Shown here in pieces: positions 1 to 10,600 of a DNA stretch of 64,000 bases (the first letter of the stretch is position 1; the number at the start of each line of letters is the position of its first letter). Where the stretch lies: the IMG/VR virus record IMGVR_UViG_3300032320_001447, positions 32,001 to 96,000 of that record. One strand, given 5' to 3'. Origin of the DNA: a virus (lineage: Duplodnaviria > Caudoviricetes). The notes under the pieces were generated by a model that was not told the origin of the DNA, did no database searches, and was given only the letters and a program-made list of their open reading frames with translations. A program made the translations under genes and the position numbers.

Positions 1-251
1 GGAATTGTAACATTTCCTTCTTCGTCAGGAGTTCCGTGTTTTTTGATTAACTCGGTTTTAATAGCTTCACAGGCATCTTTCTCTGTGGCTACTTTTTTGG
101 TAAGATCGTTTATCCAATACTTTGTTGTTAACTTGATCTTTTCTGAAAGTAAACCTTTGGAAATCGATTCTCCAGTTTGCTGATTCGTAACTCCGTTAAG
201 TTCTGCTTCTAGGTTATAAAACTCGTAAAGCTTTAACGCTGTTTTTTGCAT
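1..251 (-). CDS. hypothetical protein, partial (runs off window edge)
   Basis: ATG at 251 opens MQKTALKLYEFYNLEAELNGVTNQQTGE..., which stays open to base 1. Read manually; not in the ORF track. Confidence 0.75.
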   Translation of the reverse strand, partial: MQKTALKLYEFYNLEAELNGVTNQQTGESISKGLLSEKIKLTTKYWINDLTKKVATEKDACEAIKTELIKKHGTPDEEGNVTI

Positions 252-254
252 ATA

Positions 255-677
255 CTATTTAGATTTTTTTGTTGCTGACTTCTTAGGCGCCGCTTTAGTC
301 ACAGACTTCTTAGTTGTTACTTGCTTAGAAGCCTTTTTAGCCTCATCCATTTCTTCGGCTTCGTCCATTTCCTCAACCTCGTCAAGTTCTTCAGCGGCTT
401 TTTCTACCACTTCTTTAACCTCTTCTATTGCAGGAGCTACAGCTTCTTCAACTTGATTTACTAATTTAGTTGTTACTTGCTTAGAAGCCTCTTTAGCCTG
501 TTTTATTACTTCATTCGTAGGAGCTACTTCAGCGGCTTTTTCTACCACTTCTTTAACCTCTTCTATTGCAGGAGCTACAGCTTCTTCAACTTGATTTACT
601 AATTTAGTTAATTTTGCTTTGTTTAATAGAATAGCAACTGCTACTGCTACTAATACGATAATGATTCCGAATAACAT
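255..677 (-). CDS. membrane-anchored protein with internal duplication, acidic middle and Lys/Ala-rich tail
   Basis: N-terminal hydrophobic helix (FGIIIVLVAVAVAILL), duplicated TKLVNQVEEAVAPAIEEVKEVVEKAAE, basic C-terminus. Confidence 0.8.
   Translation of the reverse strand: MLFGIIIVLVAVAVAILLNKAKLTKLVNQVEEAVAPAIEEVKEVVEKAAEVAPTNEVIKQAKEASKQVTTKLVNQVEEAVAPAIEEVKEVVEKAAEELDEVEEMDEAEEMDEAKKASKQVTTKKSVTKAAPKKSATKKSK
389..609. repeat. 83-bp exact direct repeat (389-471 and 527-609)
   Basis: Base-by-base comparison. The adjacent 34-bp segments 310-343 and 466-499 differ at one base. Confidence 0.95.
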
Positions 678-703
678 AAGTTTTTAATTTTTGTTTGTTG
701 TAT

Positions 704-711
704 ATAAATAT
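704..711 (-). promoter_or_regulatory. putative late promoter ATATTTAT
   Basis: Recurrent motif, about 27 nt upstream of the start at 677. Confidence 0.6.
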
Positions 712-781
712 ATAAGAATTTATTAAAAAATGTTTTAAGTGTTACAAAATTTAGCGTTGATTAACTATGCATAACTATGTT

Positions 782-2731
782 TTATGGACATGATCCATCA
801 AACATTGAAATTGTTACTGTACCTGCATCGCTTACAACTTGTCCAGAAAATGTTCTACTTGTTGATGTTGCACTTATACAAGTTACATTAGATGCAGTAT
901 CAATAACTTCAACGGAGTCATTACTTATATTTGTGTAAGATACAACAATTGTTCTAGATGCACCAGTTTGCGTAGTTGTAGCAGACGCTCCATCACCAGC
1001 AACTATTGGGAATACCGCGCCATCAACTTGTACTCCATTAACAGTTATGTTTGTTATTGATGTACCGGCTGTATTATTAGCAATATCTACGAATGCATAT
1101 CCTAACGCAGCACTAGGTGTAGGTGTTGGCGTTAAACTAGGAGTTCTAGTCGGTGTTAAACTAGGCGTTGGTGCTGGCGTTGAACTAGGAGTTCTAGAAA
1201 CGCTTGGAGTAACCGTTGGTGTTCTACTTGGTGTAGGCGAAGGCGCTATACAAGATACCACGACGGCCGTTGATACTCCTTTATTACCGGCTGTATCCAT
1301 TATAGCTACGTAATATGTGTCATTTATTAATCCTGTAAAATTATACTCTGTGGCTCCACCTATAAATGTTCTTGTTGCTGAATTATCTAATCTAGATAGC
1401 GCATCTGCTGCAGATATTGCGCTGATTGTTATATAATCAAAGCTGTTTGTACCACCTCCAAATGCATTAGCGTATATTCTGCCATTTCCATTATAAACAG
1501 GTTCATCACAAAATGCAGTTACTGATAATGTTATTGGTATTATTGATGTAGATGGAGTAACTGAAGGAGTTACGCTAGGAGTTCTAGTCGGTGTTACAGA
1601 AGGTGTTCTAGAAACGCTTGGTGTTACACTCGGTGTTAAGCTAGGAGTTCTAGAAACGCTTGGTGTTACACTCGGTGTTAGACTTGGTAATATAGGAGGT
1701 TGACAAGTACATCCTCCTCCTGTTAAATAACCTGTACCGCCATCAAAAGAAACCGGTAAAGTATTAACATTACATACGCAGAGCAAAGTTCCTGTTGGAA
1801 AATATTCGTTTCTATCTATAGCATTACAATCTTTCCAAAAGAATGTACCAGAATTAGATACATAATACTCTCTACTTGTACACACTATACTCGTGCTCGG
1901 AGTTACAGACGGCGTTAAACTAGGAGTTCTAGAAATACTAGGTGTTACACTAGCTGTTATGCTTGGTGTTACAGAAGGCGTTATAGAAACGCTTGCTGTT
2001 ATGCTTGGTGTTACAGAAGGAGTTAAACTAGGAGTTCTAGAAACGCTTGCTGTTATGCTCGGTGTTACAGAAGGAGTTATAGAAACGCTTGGCGTTACAC
2101 TAGCTGTTATGCTTGGTGTTACAGAAGGCGTTATAGAAATACTAGCTGTTATGCTCGGTGTTATGCTAGGAGTTCTAGAAATACTAGGTGTTACACTAGC
2201 TGTTATGCTTGGCGTTACAGAAGGCGTTATAGAAATACTAGCTGTTATGCTTGGTGTTATGCTTGGTGTTACAGAAGGCGTTATAGAAATACTAGGCGTT
2301 ACACTAGCCGTTATGCTTGGTGTTATGCTAGGAGTTATAGATATCGATGGAGTTCTACTAATACTAGGCGTAATAGATATCGATGGAGTAATGCTAATAG
2401 AAGGCGTTACACTTGGTGTTATAGATATCGATGGAGTAATGCTAATAGAAGGCGTTACACTTGGTGTTATAGATATCGATGGAGTTCTACTAATACTAGG
2501 AGTTATAGAAACACTTGGTGTTATACTAGGCGTTGTGCTAGCTGTTACGCTAGGAGTTATAGAAGGCGTTATAGAAACACTTGGCGTAACTGATGGAGTG
2601 CCGCTAACGCTTGGTGTAACTGATGGAGTAACGTTAAAAATTGGTACAAGAATATCGAACCTTCCGTTTCCGCTTAGATTAGAGAATCGCATTCCTCCAG
2701 TCCCGGTTCTATTTTGAAATTCTATTGGCAT
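782..2731 (-). CDS. Thr-Pro-Ser repeat (mucin-like) virion/surface protein
   Basis: About 250 aa of TPS(I/V)/SITPS repeats, plus two further TPS tracts separating three small Cys-containing beta-rich domains. Confidence 0.75.
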   Translation of the reverse strand: MPIEFQNRTGTGGMRFSNLSGNGRFDILVPIFNVTPSVTPSVSGTPSVTPSVSITPSITPSVTASTTPSITPSVSITPSISRTPSISITPSVTPSISITPSISITPSVTPSISITPSISITPSISRTPSISITPSITPSITASVTPSISITPSVTPSITPSITASISITPSVTPSITASVTPSISRTPSITPSITASISITPSVTPSITASVTPSVSITPSVTPSITASVSRTPSLTPSVTPSITASVSITPSVTPSITASVTPSISRTPSLTPSVTPSTSIVCTSREYYVSNSGTFFWKDCNAIDRNEYFPTGTLLCVCNVNTLPVSFDGGTGYLTGGGCTCQPPILPSLTPSVTPSVSRTPSLTPSVTPSVSRTPSVTPTRTPSVTPSVTPSTSIIPITLSVTAFCDEPVYNGNGRIYANAFGGGTNSFDYITISAISAADALSRLDNSATRTFIGGATEYNFTGLINDTYYVAIMDTAGNKGVSTAVVVSCIAPSPTPSRTPTVTPSVSRTPSSTPAPTPSLTPTRTPSLTPTPTPSAALGYAFVDIANNTAGTSITNITVNGVQVDGAVFPIVAGDGASATTTQTGASRTIVVSYTNISNDSVEVIDTASNVTCISATSTSRTFSGQVVSDAGTVTISMFDGSCP

Positions 2732-2757
2732 TTATGTATTTTTAAACCAATCTAAAT

Positions 2758-2765
2758 ATAAATAT
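2758..2765 (-). promoter_or_regulatory. putative late promoter ATATTTAT
   Basis: Motif about 27 nt upstream of the start at 2731. Confidence 0.6.
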
Positions 2766-2848
2766 TATTTTGATTCTAACGTTTTTATTCTTGTGGTGGA
2801 GTCTTATAATTTTACTAATCTAATTAATTTTTTAATCTTACTTTAGTA

Positions 2849-3193
2849 CTACGCATTTAACCAAGGAGAAGTTAGAGTAACCGAAGGCGGATTGATTTGA
2901 TTTGCAATTTGATTTGCCAACCTTGTTTTCATACTGTTTACTTGCTGCTCTCCCATTGCGTTTTCCACCCAGCCTTGAACCGTTTCTAGAGTTAATTCGT
3001 TGAAAGGAATAAAAGTTGACCCAGATTGGTAAGTTAAACCTTTGGTTCCGTATGATTGCGCTGCGTAAGTAGTTTCGTTTACTTGCTCTGTAGCGTGTAA
3101 TTGCCAGTGAGCTGTGAATACTACGTCATTTTCTCCTGAAGCAGTTGGATAGGCTTCTAGTGGGTTGATTGTCCAAAAATAATTTACTGCCAT
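2849..3193 (-). CDS. small tail-fibre-associated protein (probable assembly chaperone)
   Basis: W..I..L...VVFTAHW...FIPFNELTLETVQGWV...INPP...PW pattern, typical of small genes following fibre genes. Confidence 0.6.
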   Translation of the reverse strand: MAVNYFWTINPLEAYPTASGENDVVFTAHWQLHATEQVNETTYAAQSYGTKGLTYQSGSTFIPFNELTLETVQGWVENAMGEQQVNSMKTRLANQIANQINPPSVTLTSPWLNA

Positions 3194-3205
3194 TATTTTG
3201 TTTTT

Positions 3206-5584
3206 TTATTTGTTCTTAAGTTCGTCTAATTCTGCTTTAAGTTCTTGTACTGCTTTTACTAAAGATGCTACTATTGCATTATAATTTAAACCTATAAATG
3301 TATCTTTGCCTTCTCCACTTTGAACATACGCTTGTGGGATATGTTCTTTTACCTCTTGTGCAATAAATCCTAATTCTTTATTATCTTTTGTATCATCTGT
3401 TTTTATTCGGTATAAAGTAGGTTTTAGTTGCAAAATTTCATTTAGTCCAATTGTAGAAGGTTCAAAATCTTTCTTTTTATTAATATCCGATAATGCAGTA
3501 TAAGTACCTGTTGACATATTAATTTGTGCGATATTTCCACCAAAGTAAAAATATGTAAGCCCACCAGTACCATACATTGTATATCTATCACCATTACTTC
3601 TAGAAGCGTAACTATAACCAGCTACACTACCAGTTGAAAGTAATTCTCCATTAATTTGTAATTTATCTCCAGTATTGGTGCCAGTACCTATTAATACATT
3701 ACCCCCACTTGTAATACGCATTCTTTCGGTATTGTTAGTACCAAGTGTTAAAGCATGATTTGAAAAAGTAAATAATGCAGTTAATAAGTCAGCTTCATTA
3801 GACGCAAGGAAAGATTTTACAGTTGTAGTATTACAATGATAAAAACTATACCCCCCGCCTGCATCATTTAATTCAAAATGCCTACCAGCTAAACTATATG
3901 TTGTAGGACTAGTCGTTCCAATTCCAACATTTCCAGCGCCTGTAATACGCATTCTTTCTGTAGGCGCAGTATTAGCAGCATTCGCTGTATGTAATGTTAT
4001 ATAAGAAGTTCCTGTATCTGAGTTCAATAATATAGCTGATCCTGCATAAGAAGTATTGGTTAAACCACTCCACGTAAAAGATCCATTAGACGTATTTTCT
4101 ATATTGTGTGACCATGAAGCGCCGGCAGTTGTACCGGCAGTTTGAACATCACTTAAGAAAACCGGAACCGTAGTACGTTGTATTTTTAAAGATAAAGGAT
4201 TAGTACCATCGTATAAATGTAATCTAGTATCAGGAGCTGTAGTTCCAATTCCAACTCTACCAGCATTTGTAAGAGTCATCACAGTGGTGTTAGTATTGTA
4301 ATTACTAGCAGCACTATTATCTCTTAATGCAATATCTAATCTAGTATAAGATTCATAAGCGCCACCCGCATTTTGATATCTACCTAGTTTTAATGAAGCA
4401 GCTTGTTGGAAAGATACTCCACCACTTAAAGCTCTACCTATTATTAATATATCTTCTGTGCCTGTTGTTCCTATAGCAGAGCTACCTTCAACATGTAATT
4501 TTTGTACAGCGCTAGTCGTTCCAATTCCAACATTGCCAGTAAAAGAAGAAGTTGTATTAGCTCCAGACTGAATGATGGATCCGGTTATTCTTAAACTACC
4601 GGTTACGCTATGGTTATCCGTTAAAAGATTTCCGATAACTACTCCATTGCTAGTTACTTGAAATTCTGTTCCAGTAGTGCTTACGGTCAAACTTCCTGTG
4701 ATGTTAACCGAACCAGTAAAATCATGGGTATTCGTTAACAGGCTACCGAATCTAGTACTACCCGTAACGAAACTAACAGAGCTAGTGATCGTTTGTACCA
4801 CTAGCGTTTGAGCGGTTATAGCGCCCGTAGTTAAAATAGCAGAGGCAGAAATTGGACTAGCAGAGCTCAAAGATCCGGTTAAAGAGAGACCGTTTGTTAT
4901 TCTAACCGATCCAGATACGTCTAGCGTAGTCACCGGAGCTTCTGTTCCTATTCCAACTCTAGATTGAGATACGAATAGAGCTCTCTGTCCGAACTGACCG
5001 ATTCTCACCGTGTTATCTGAGAACGCTTCTATTATTGGAAGACCTGCTGCAGTATTAACCGAGAATAGAGATCCGGACAAAGAATCGTCTACTTCGAATA
5101 GTCTACCTACAGTTCCATCAACAGAGAATACACTAGAGCCGGATCCCAGTATTTGTAAAGCGTAAGATGAGGCCGAAATATTTGTAGAACCAGAAACTCT
5201 AAAGGACCCAGTAATTGAAGCAGAGCCAGTGAAAGGAAATCCAGCTCCTGATCCTCCACCACCTCCCAATAGAAAAGAAGCGGTTAAAGCTTGAGATGCA
5301 GTTCCAAATAAGGAGCCAGTAAAAGACCCTGTGAAAGATCCAGTAACTGATGCTACTGACCCGGATACTTTAATGGCTTCAAATCCGTACCTTCCTATTC
5401 TTATTGTATTGTCGGAAAAAGCTTCCATTACAGGAATACCCGAAATATCGCTCACTGCAAATAAAGAACCAGAAAGTTGATCGGTTACAGAGAACAATTG
5501 GCCTTGTGAGCCTTGTATGTCTAGTATTACGGACCCAGATCCGTTTACTACGAGTCCTTTACGGACTTTAAATTCGTTTGCCAT
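3206..5584 (-). CDS. tail fibre with C-terminal intramolecular chaperone (peptidase S74) domain
   Basis: GNVGIGTT / ERMRIT repeats; C-terminal SDINKKKD...LKP..Y...LGFIAQEV...LVKAVQEL. Confidence 0.85.
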   Translation of the reverse strand: MANEFKVRKGLVVNGSGSVILDIQGSQGQLFSVTDQLSGSLFAVSDISGIPVMEAFSDNTIRIGRYGFEAIKVSGSVASVTGSFTGSFTGSLFGTASQALTASFLLGGGGGSGAGFPFTGSASITGSFRVSGSTNISASSYALQILGSGSSVFSVDGTVGRLFEVDDSLSGSLFSVNTAAGLPIIEAFSDNTVRIGQFGQRALFVSQSRVGIGTEAPVTTLDVSGSVRITNGLSLTGSLSSASPISASAILTTGAITAQTLVVQTITSSVSFVTGSTRFGSLLTNTHDFTGSVNITGSLTVSTTGTEFQVTSNGVVIGNLLTDNHSVTGSLRITGSIIQSGANTTSSFTGNVGIGTTSAVQKLHVEGSSAIGTTGTEDILIIGRALSGGVSFQQAASLKLGRYQNAGGAYESYTRLDIALRDNSAASNYNTNTTVMTLTNAGRVGIGTTAPDTRLHLYDGTNPLSLKIQRTTVPVFLSDVQTAGTTAGASWSHNIENTSNGSFTWSGLTNTSYAGSAILLNSDTGTSYITLHTANAANTAPTERMRITGAGNVGIGTTSPTTYSLAGRHFELNDAGGGYSFYHCNTTTVKSFLASNEADLLTALFTFSNHALTLGTNNTERMRITSGGNVLIGTGTNTGDKLQINGELLSTGSVAGYSYASRSNGDRYTMYGTGGLTYFYFGGNIAQINMSTGTYTALSDINKKKDFEPSTIGLNEILQLKPTLYRIKTDDTKDNKELGFIAQEVKEHIPQAYVQSGEGKDTFIGLNYNAIVASLVKAVQELKAELDELKNK

Positions 5585-5592
5585 TAGTTTAT

Positions 5593-5614
5593 CCTTTTTT
5601 CATTTTCCAAAAGG
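5593..5614 (-). promoter_or_regulatory. leader hairpin CCUUUU-GGAAAAUGAA-AAAAGG (candidate translational operator)
   Basis: 6-bp stem ending 8 nt before the ATG; counterpart at 13336-13360. Confidence 0.5.
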
Positions 5615-5620
5615 TCATTT

Positions 5621-5628
5621 ATAAATAT
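5621..5628 (-). promoter_or_regulatory. putative late promoter ATATTTAT
   Basis: Motif upstream of fibre gene 3206-5584. Confidence 0.6.
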
Positions 5629-5640
5629 CAAAAAGATTGG

Positions 5641-6306
5641 TTATAGTCCAAAACGAGCTTTAGTTGCGTTGTAGTTTTGAGTAACTTCGTCTGCAGATAG
5701 CGCTCTATTGTATACTTGAACTATTGGAATATTACCATTAACATATTCTCCACTATCGTTTGCCCATCTTCCAATATTACATGTTGTATTCCCAACATAG
5801 TAACCAGCTGCGGTTCTACTTGTATTAAAAATACCATTTTGATATATACTTTGAACAAACCCTGTTGTTAATGTAACAGCGAAGCAATTCCATACTCCGG
5901 TAATGCTTGTCACAGTAGCAGATAAATCATCGTTATACATACCAAAAAGAAAACTAGTATTATTTACCATTCTTAAATGAAGTGCCTGCCTAGTTGCGGC
6001 ACCAGTTCCAATGCTAAACACGGTATCACTAGTAGGAGTCACATTAGAGTAAACCCAACATATTATAGTAAAAGCGCTACTTGCTATATTAATAGTATCA
6101 GTTACATATTGATTAGTTCCATTAAATACTAAACCTCCTCCATTACTAGAAGTAAACGTTGGACTATTTACTAGTGTTCCATTATTATTATTTCCACTTA
6201 AATCATTCCACACAGTTCCTGTCCCAGGGTAGCTGTTCAGACTAGCAGCGTCCAACTCTAATACGAGTCCATTTCTTACTATATTTGCGCCTCCTATTGT
6301 TGCCAT
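5641..6306 (-). CDS. LamG / concanavalin A-like lectin domain protein
   Basis: GLVLELDAAS.NSYPGTGTVW.DLSGNNNNGTL...YNRALSA.EV.QNYNATKARFGL. Confidence 0.85.
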   Translation of the reverse strand: MATIGGANIVRNGLVLELDAASLNSYPGTGTVWNDLSGNNNNGTLVNSPTFTSSNGGGLVFNGTNQYVTDTINIASSAFTIICWVYSNVTPTSDTVFSIGTGAATRQALHLRMVNNTSFLFGMYNDDLSATVTSITGVWNCFAVTLTTGFVQSIYQNGIFNTSRTAAGYYVGNTTCNIGRWANDSGEYVNGNIPIVQVYNRALSADEVTQNYNATKARFGL

Positions 6307-6307
6307 G

Positions 6308-6982
6308 TTATAAGTTGAATCTTGATTTTATTGCGTTGTAATTTTGTAGGATTTCTGCTGCGGATAGCGATCTATTGTAAAATTGAATATTTGATATACT
6401 GCCTTGAAAAAAATCTCCTGCATTACGATCAAAACTAGTAGCGATATTTCTAGCGTTCGAAGTAATCCCACCAGAAAAACTCCCAACTGCAGAATTATCA
6501 AAAATGCCATTCATATATATTGCACGTGTAGTGCCGTTTACGACAAAAGTAGCATTATGCCAAGCGTTAGTTGTTAAAGTTAAATTGCTATCTAAAGCAG
6601 TATCTTGAGAAGTAGATCCATTACCTATAATAATTCTTATTTTATTGCTTTCTTGTGCAAAAAGATAATTTCTACCAGAAGCACTCCAATCTGATGTTAA
6701 ATATGAATTGGCTACTCTTGTAGGTAGGAACCACACACCTACGCTATAATTAGTATTGAGTCTTGTTAACGAACTAGGCAGGCTAATATTTTGAGTAGTT
6801 CCATTAAATGTTAAAATACCGGCATTAGCAAAACTAAACGTAGGTGTATTTACTAAAGTTGCATTATTGTTATTCCCGCTCAAATCGTTACAATTAGTTC
6901 CGGTCCCAGGATAACTATTCCTACTAGCAGCATCCAAAGACAATACCAATCCATTTCTTATTATGTTTGCTCCTGTGTACAT
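6308..6982 (-). CDS. LamG / concanavalin A-like lectin domain protein
   Basis: Same conserved N- and C-terminal motifs, with a WHNATFV core. Confidence 0.85.
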   Translation of the reverse strand: MYTGANIIRNGLVLSLDAASRNSYPGTGTNCNDLSGNNNNATLVNTPTFSFANAGILTFNGTTQNISLPSSLTRLNTNYSVGVWFLPTRVANSYLTSDWSASGRNYLFAQESNKIRIIIGNGSTSQDTALDSNLTLTTNAWHNATFVVNGTTRAIYMNGIFDNSAVGSFSGGITSNARNIATSFDRNAGDFFQGSISNIQFYNRSLSAAEILQNYNAIKSRFNL

Positions 6983-7668
6983 TATAGATTGAATCTTGAT
7001 TTTTGAGCGTTATAGTTTTGTTGTATTTCTGCTAATGTTAAAACTCTATTGTATATTTGTGTGTTGGCTATTTTACCATTAAAGTATCGGCTATCTAAAG
7101 TGTTACCTCCAATGGCGATGTTGGGATTTGCTGTTAAAGCCGCAGAAGTGGCGCTCGTACTTCCTTCGGATATACCATTTATATATACTTGTTTAGAGCT
7201 TCCACTACCATTTTTTACTGCGGTTATATAAAACCAAGCACCCGTGTTTAGTATAATGCTTCCGTTTAAAGAAGAGTCTGGATTGCCCGTAAAAAAGGAA
7301 ATCTGATTGTTTAATATGGCCAATACAAAATCGTTAAAAGTACCCGCTACGTCTGACCATATAATTCCGTTGCCTTGCCAAGCTTGAGTACCCGTTAAAC
7401 TTGTTGCGGTTGTGCTTATCCAACACGCTAATGTAAAATTTACACCCGTAGTATTCGATAAAGCTATGTAATCATTCGTTCCATCAAAAACAAAAGTACC
7501 ACCATTATCAGAACTAAATGTTGGCGAGTTAGTTAACGTTCCGTTAGTGTTGTTTCCACTTAAATCTCTCAAAGTAGTTCCAGATCCAGGGTAGCTGTTC
7601 CTACTGCCTGCATCGTAAGCCACTATAAGTCCATTGGTTACTGTTTTTGGGCCTCTATTAAATGCCAT
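6982..7668 (-). CDS. LamG / concanavalin A-like lectin domain protein
   Basis: Same conserved N- and C-terminal motifs; TAATG coupling to the next gene. Confidence 0.85.
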   Translation of the reverse strand: MAFNRGPKTVTNGLIVAYDAGSRNSYPGSGTTLRDLSGNNTNGTLTNSPTFSSDNGGTFVFDGTNDYIALSNTTGVNFTLACWISTTATSLTGTQAWQGNGIIWSDVAGTFNDFVLAILNNQISFFTGNPDSSLNGSIILNTGAWFYITAVKNGSGSSKQVYINGISEGSTSATSAALTANPNIAIGGNTLDSRYFNGKIANTQIYNRVLTLAEIQQNYNAQKSRFNL

Positions 7669-7669
7669 G

Positions 7670-10600
7670 TTATAACAGTCTTATTAGTGAACGAATTGTC
7701 CAAGCTGCAGTAGATGCGCTAGCTTGAAGCTGTATGTTACCGGCAGAAATTCCAGTTTGTAATAGCACTCCTGATGTGCTACCTCCCAAATCTGCTGTGT
7801 AGTTTTCGTAGTATTCGGTAGCAGATCCTGACCATGTTGAGGTTACCGTTCCTGCTCTTACAATAGAGCCTGAGAACATTACGTAGTCGAAGAACGCAGC
7901 TCTGTAAGACGAAGTTGCCTCTGATGCAATTACTTGATAGCCTCCTGCGGAAACCGATAAGTTTTGACCGTAATCGAATGAAGCTGATTGAACAGTAACT
8001 ACTCCGAATACTGTTTGATTACCACTTAAAGTTAAACTGCCTGTAATATTCACGCTACCAGTCATGGTTTGCGTATTAGTCAACGCATTACCAAAGATGT
8101 TAGAACCAGAACTATAAGTAATAGAACTTGTGATGGTTTGTACTACTAGAGTTTGCGCAGTTAGAGTTCCAGTTGTAGTGATGTTTCCAGTAGAATTGAT
8201 AGATCCTGTAACTCCTAAACTGCCTGTGATTTGAGCGGATCCTGTGAAAGGAAATCCCGCTGCTGATCCACCGCCTATTAAGAAAGAAGCAGTTAATGCG
8301 TTTGTAGCGTTTATCGCATAAGAAGCAGACGTAGCGATTAGTGAAGACGACGCTAAAATAGCAGAACTTGCCGTATAAGCGTAACTAGCGGAAACTGCTT
8401 GCGATGCGGTTCCAAAATAAGATCCACTAAAGTTACCTTGATAAGACCCAGAAAAAGATCCACTAAATGTGCCAGTTCCAGAAGAAGCAAAAGATGCAGA
8501 TATGGCTGTATTAGCTGTAGTAGCGCTTATTACTACAGAAGACGAGTAGCCTCCTTTAGAAGCTACCGCGACACCAGTAGTAGGAGTAGAAAAGTAGATT
8601 AATGCAGAAGAAGTGTCAACCGCTTGTATTCTTTGAGGAATTATAACACTATTCGTGTTGTCGTATATTGTGAATACTGGGTACTGAGTCTGTAAGAAGT
8701 GATTAAAGGACCAAGTAAACGCTGCGGATGAGGTTTGAAATAGTATGGAGCTAGCGCTTCCTCCTAATGCAAAAGACGCAGTTAGAGCGTTTTGTGCCCA
8801 AGAAGCGGTACCGAATAAAGAACCTGTAACTGAACCTGATAAAGATCCTGTGATAGATCCAAGTATTGCTAAAGATCCTGTAAGATTATGAGAATCGGTT
8901 ATTAGATTACCTATCTTGGTGCCAGTGTTAGTAACTTGAAATTCTATTCCGCTACCTGTTACAACTGTAAAACTACCAGATATAAGTACTGCTTGGGTTA
9001 AGGTATTAACAGAAGAGGCAGTTTGAGCTAAACTTGAACTTATAGCAGAACTTGCTGTGAATGCGTAGGAAGCTGATGTGACAGACCCAGTTATGAAGTT
9101 AGTTGCCCAACTAGCTGTTCCAAATAAAGAACCTGTAAGATCTGTAGCAGTTACACGACCAATAATAGTAGCTGAACCGGATACATTCAAACTGCCTGTC
9201 ATTGTTTGAGTATTCACAGTAGAATTTCCAAAAATATTACTACCAGAAGAGAATACTATAGAGCTAGTAACTGTTTGTACTACCAAAGTTTGTGCAGTTA
9301 AAGTTCCAGTTGTAGTGATATTTCCAGTAGAATTTATAGAGCCTGTAACTCCCAAAGAACCGGTGATTTGTGCAGATCCTGTGAAAGGAAATCCAACTCC
9401 TGATCCGCCACCTATTAGGAAAGAAGCTGTTAATGCATTTTGTGCCCAAGAAGCAGTACCGAAGAGAGATCCAGTAATTCCGTTACTAACAGATAAACTT
9501 CCTGTAATTGCTCCTGAACCTGTGATAATTAAAGAACCTGTGATAAGTAGTGTATCTGCGTTAGAAGAAAATGCGCTAGATCCCTGGTTTGCAGTAACTG
9601 ATAAACTGCCCGTAATTCCAAGACTTCCGGTTATTTGTGCAGATCCCGTATAAGGAAATGCTGCTCCACCACCACCGGTAACTGTAACTGTTGCTACACC
9701 ACCGCCTACAGTTGCTGTAACTCCTGAACCTACAAAGTTAATAGTGCCTGCTGATCCTTGTGGAGATCCCTCATCTTGAATATTAATAGTACTTGCACCT
9801 GCTAATACGTAAGATGCTGTAGTTGCATAGGATGCACTTATTGCTTGTGATGCTGTACCGAATAGAGAAGCCGTAACAGAACCTGAGAAAGATCCTGTAA
9901 ATGCGCCGCTGCCTCTTAAACTAAAGGAAGCTGTTTGAGCTAAACTTGAACTAATAGTAGAGCTAGCAGTGAAAGCATAAGAAGCCGAGGTAACAGAGCT
10001 GGTTATGAAGTTAGTTGCCCAGCTAGCAGTTCCGAATAGAGAACCAGTAATATCTGTAGCTGTGACTCTACCTATAATAGTAGCTGAACCTGAAACGTTC
10101 AAACTACCCGTCATTGTTTGAGTATTAGCTGTACTATTTCCAAAGATATTGCTACCTGAACTAAACACAACAGAAGAGCTAACTGTTGTTACTACTAAGG
10201 TTTGAGCAGTTAGAGTTCCGTTGATTAGAGCTACTGATGCGGTAATTGCTCCTAAAATATTTTGACTTCCAGTATAGATATTAGAACCCGTAGTAGCGTA
10301 CGTTCTTTCTATTTGCGTTACTCTTGTTGAGAAAGATCCAGATGCTACTTGAAGAGAGGCTGTAGTCGCTTCTATGCTAGATACACGACTAGAGAAAGAA
10401 GAACTATCACTGGTGATTCTTGTGGAGAAAGACGCACTTGCTGCAACCAAATTGGAAGCAGTAGTTTCAGTATTAGTAAGTCTTGTAGAAAATGAACCTG
10501 ATGCGGTTACTAAAAGTGAAGAGGTAGCTTCTTCGTTAGTAAGTCTTGTGGATATCGAACCAGATCCTAGATAATTAACTGCGAATGATGAACTAATTGC

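Noticed and set aside
1893-2717. 274-aa plus-strand ORF (and 1047-1313)
   Set aside because: Antisense shadow of the TPS repeats; low complexity, with no start context or promoter motif.
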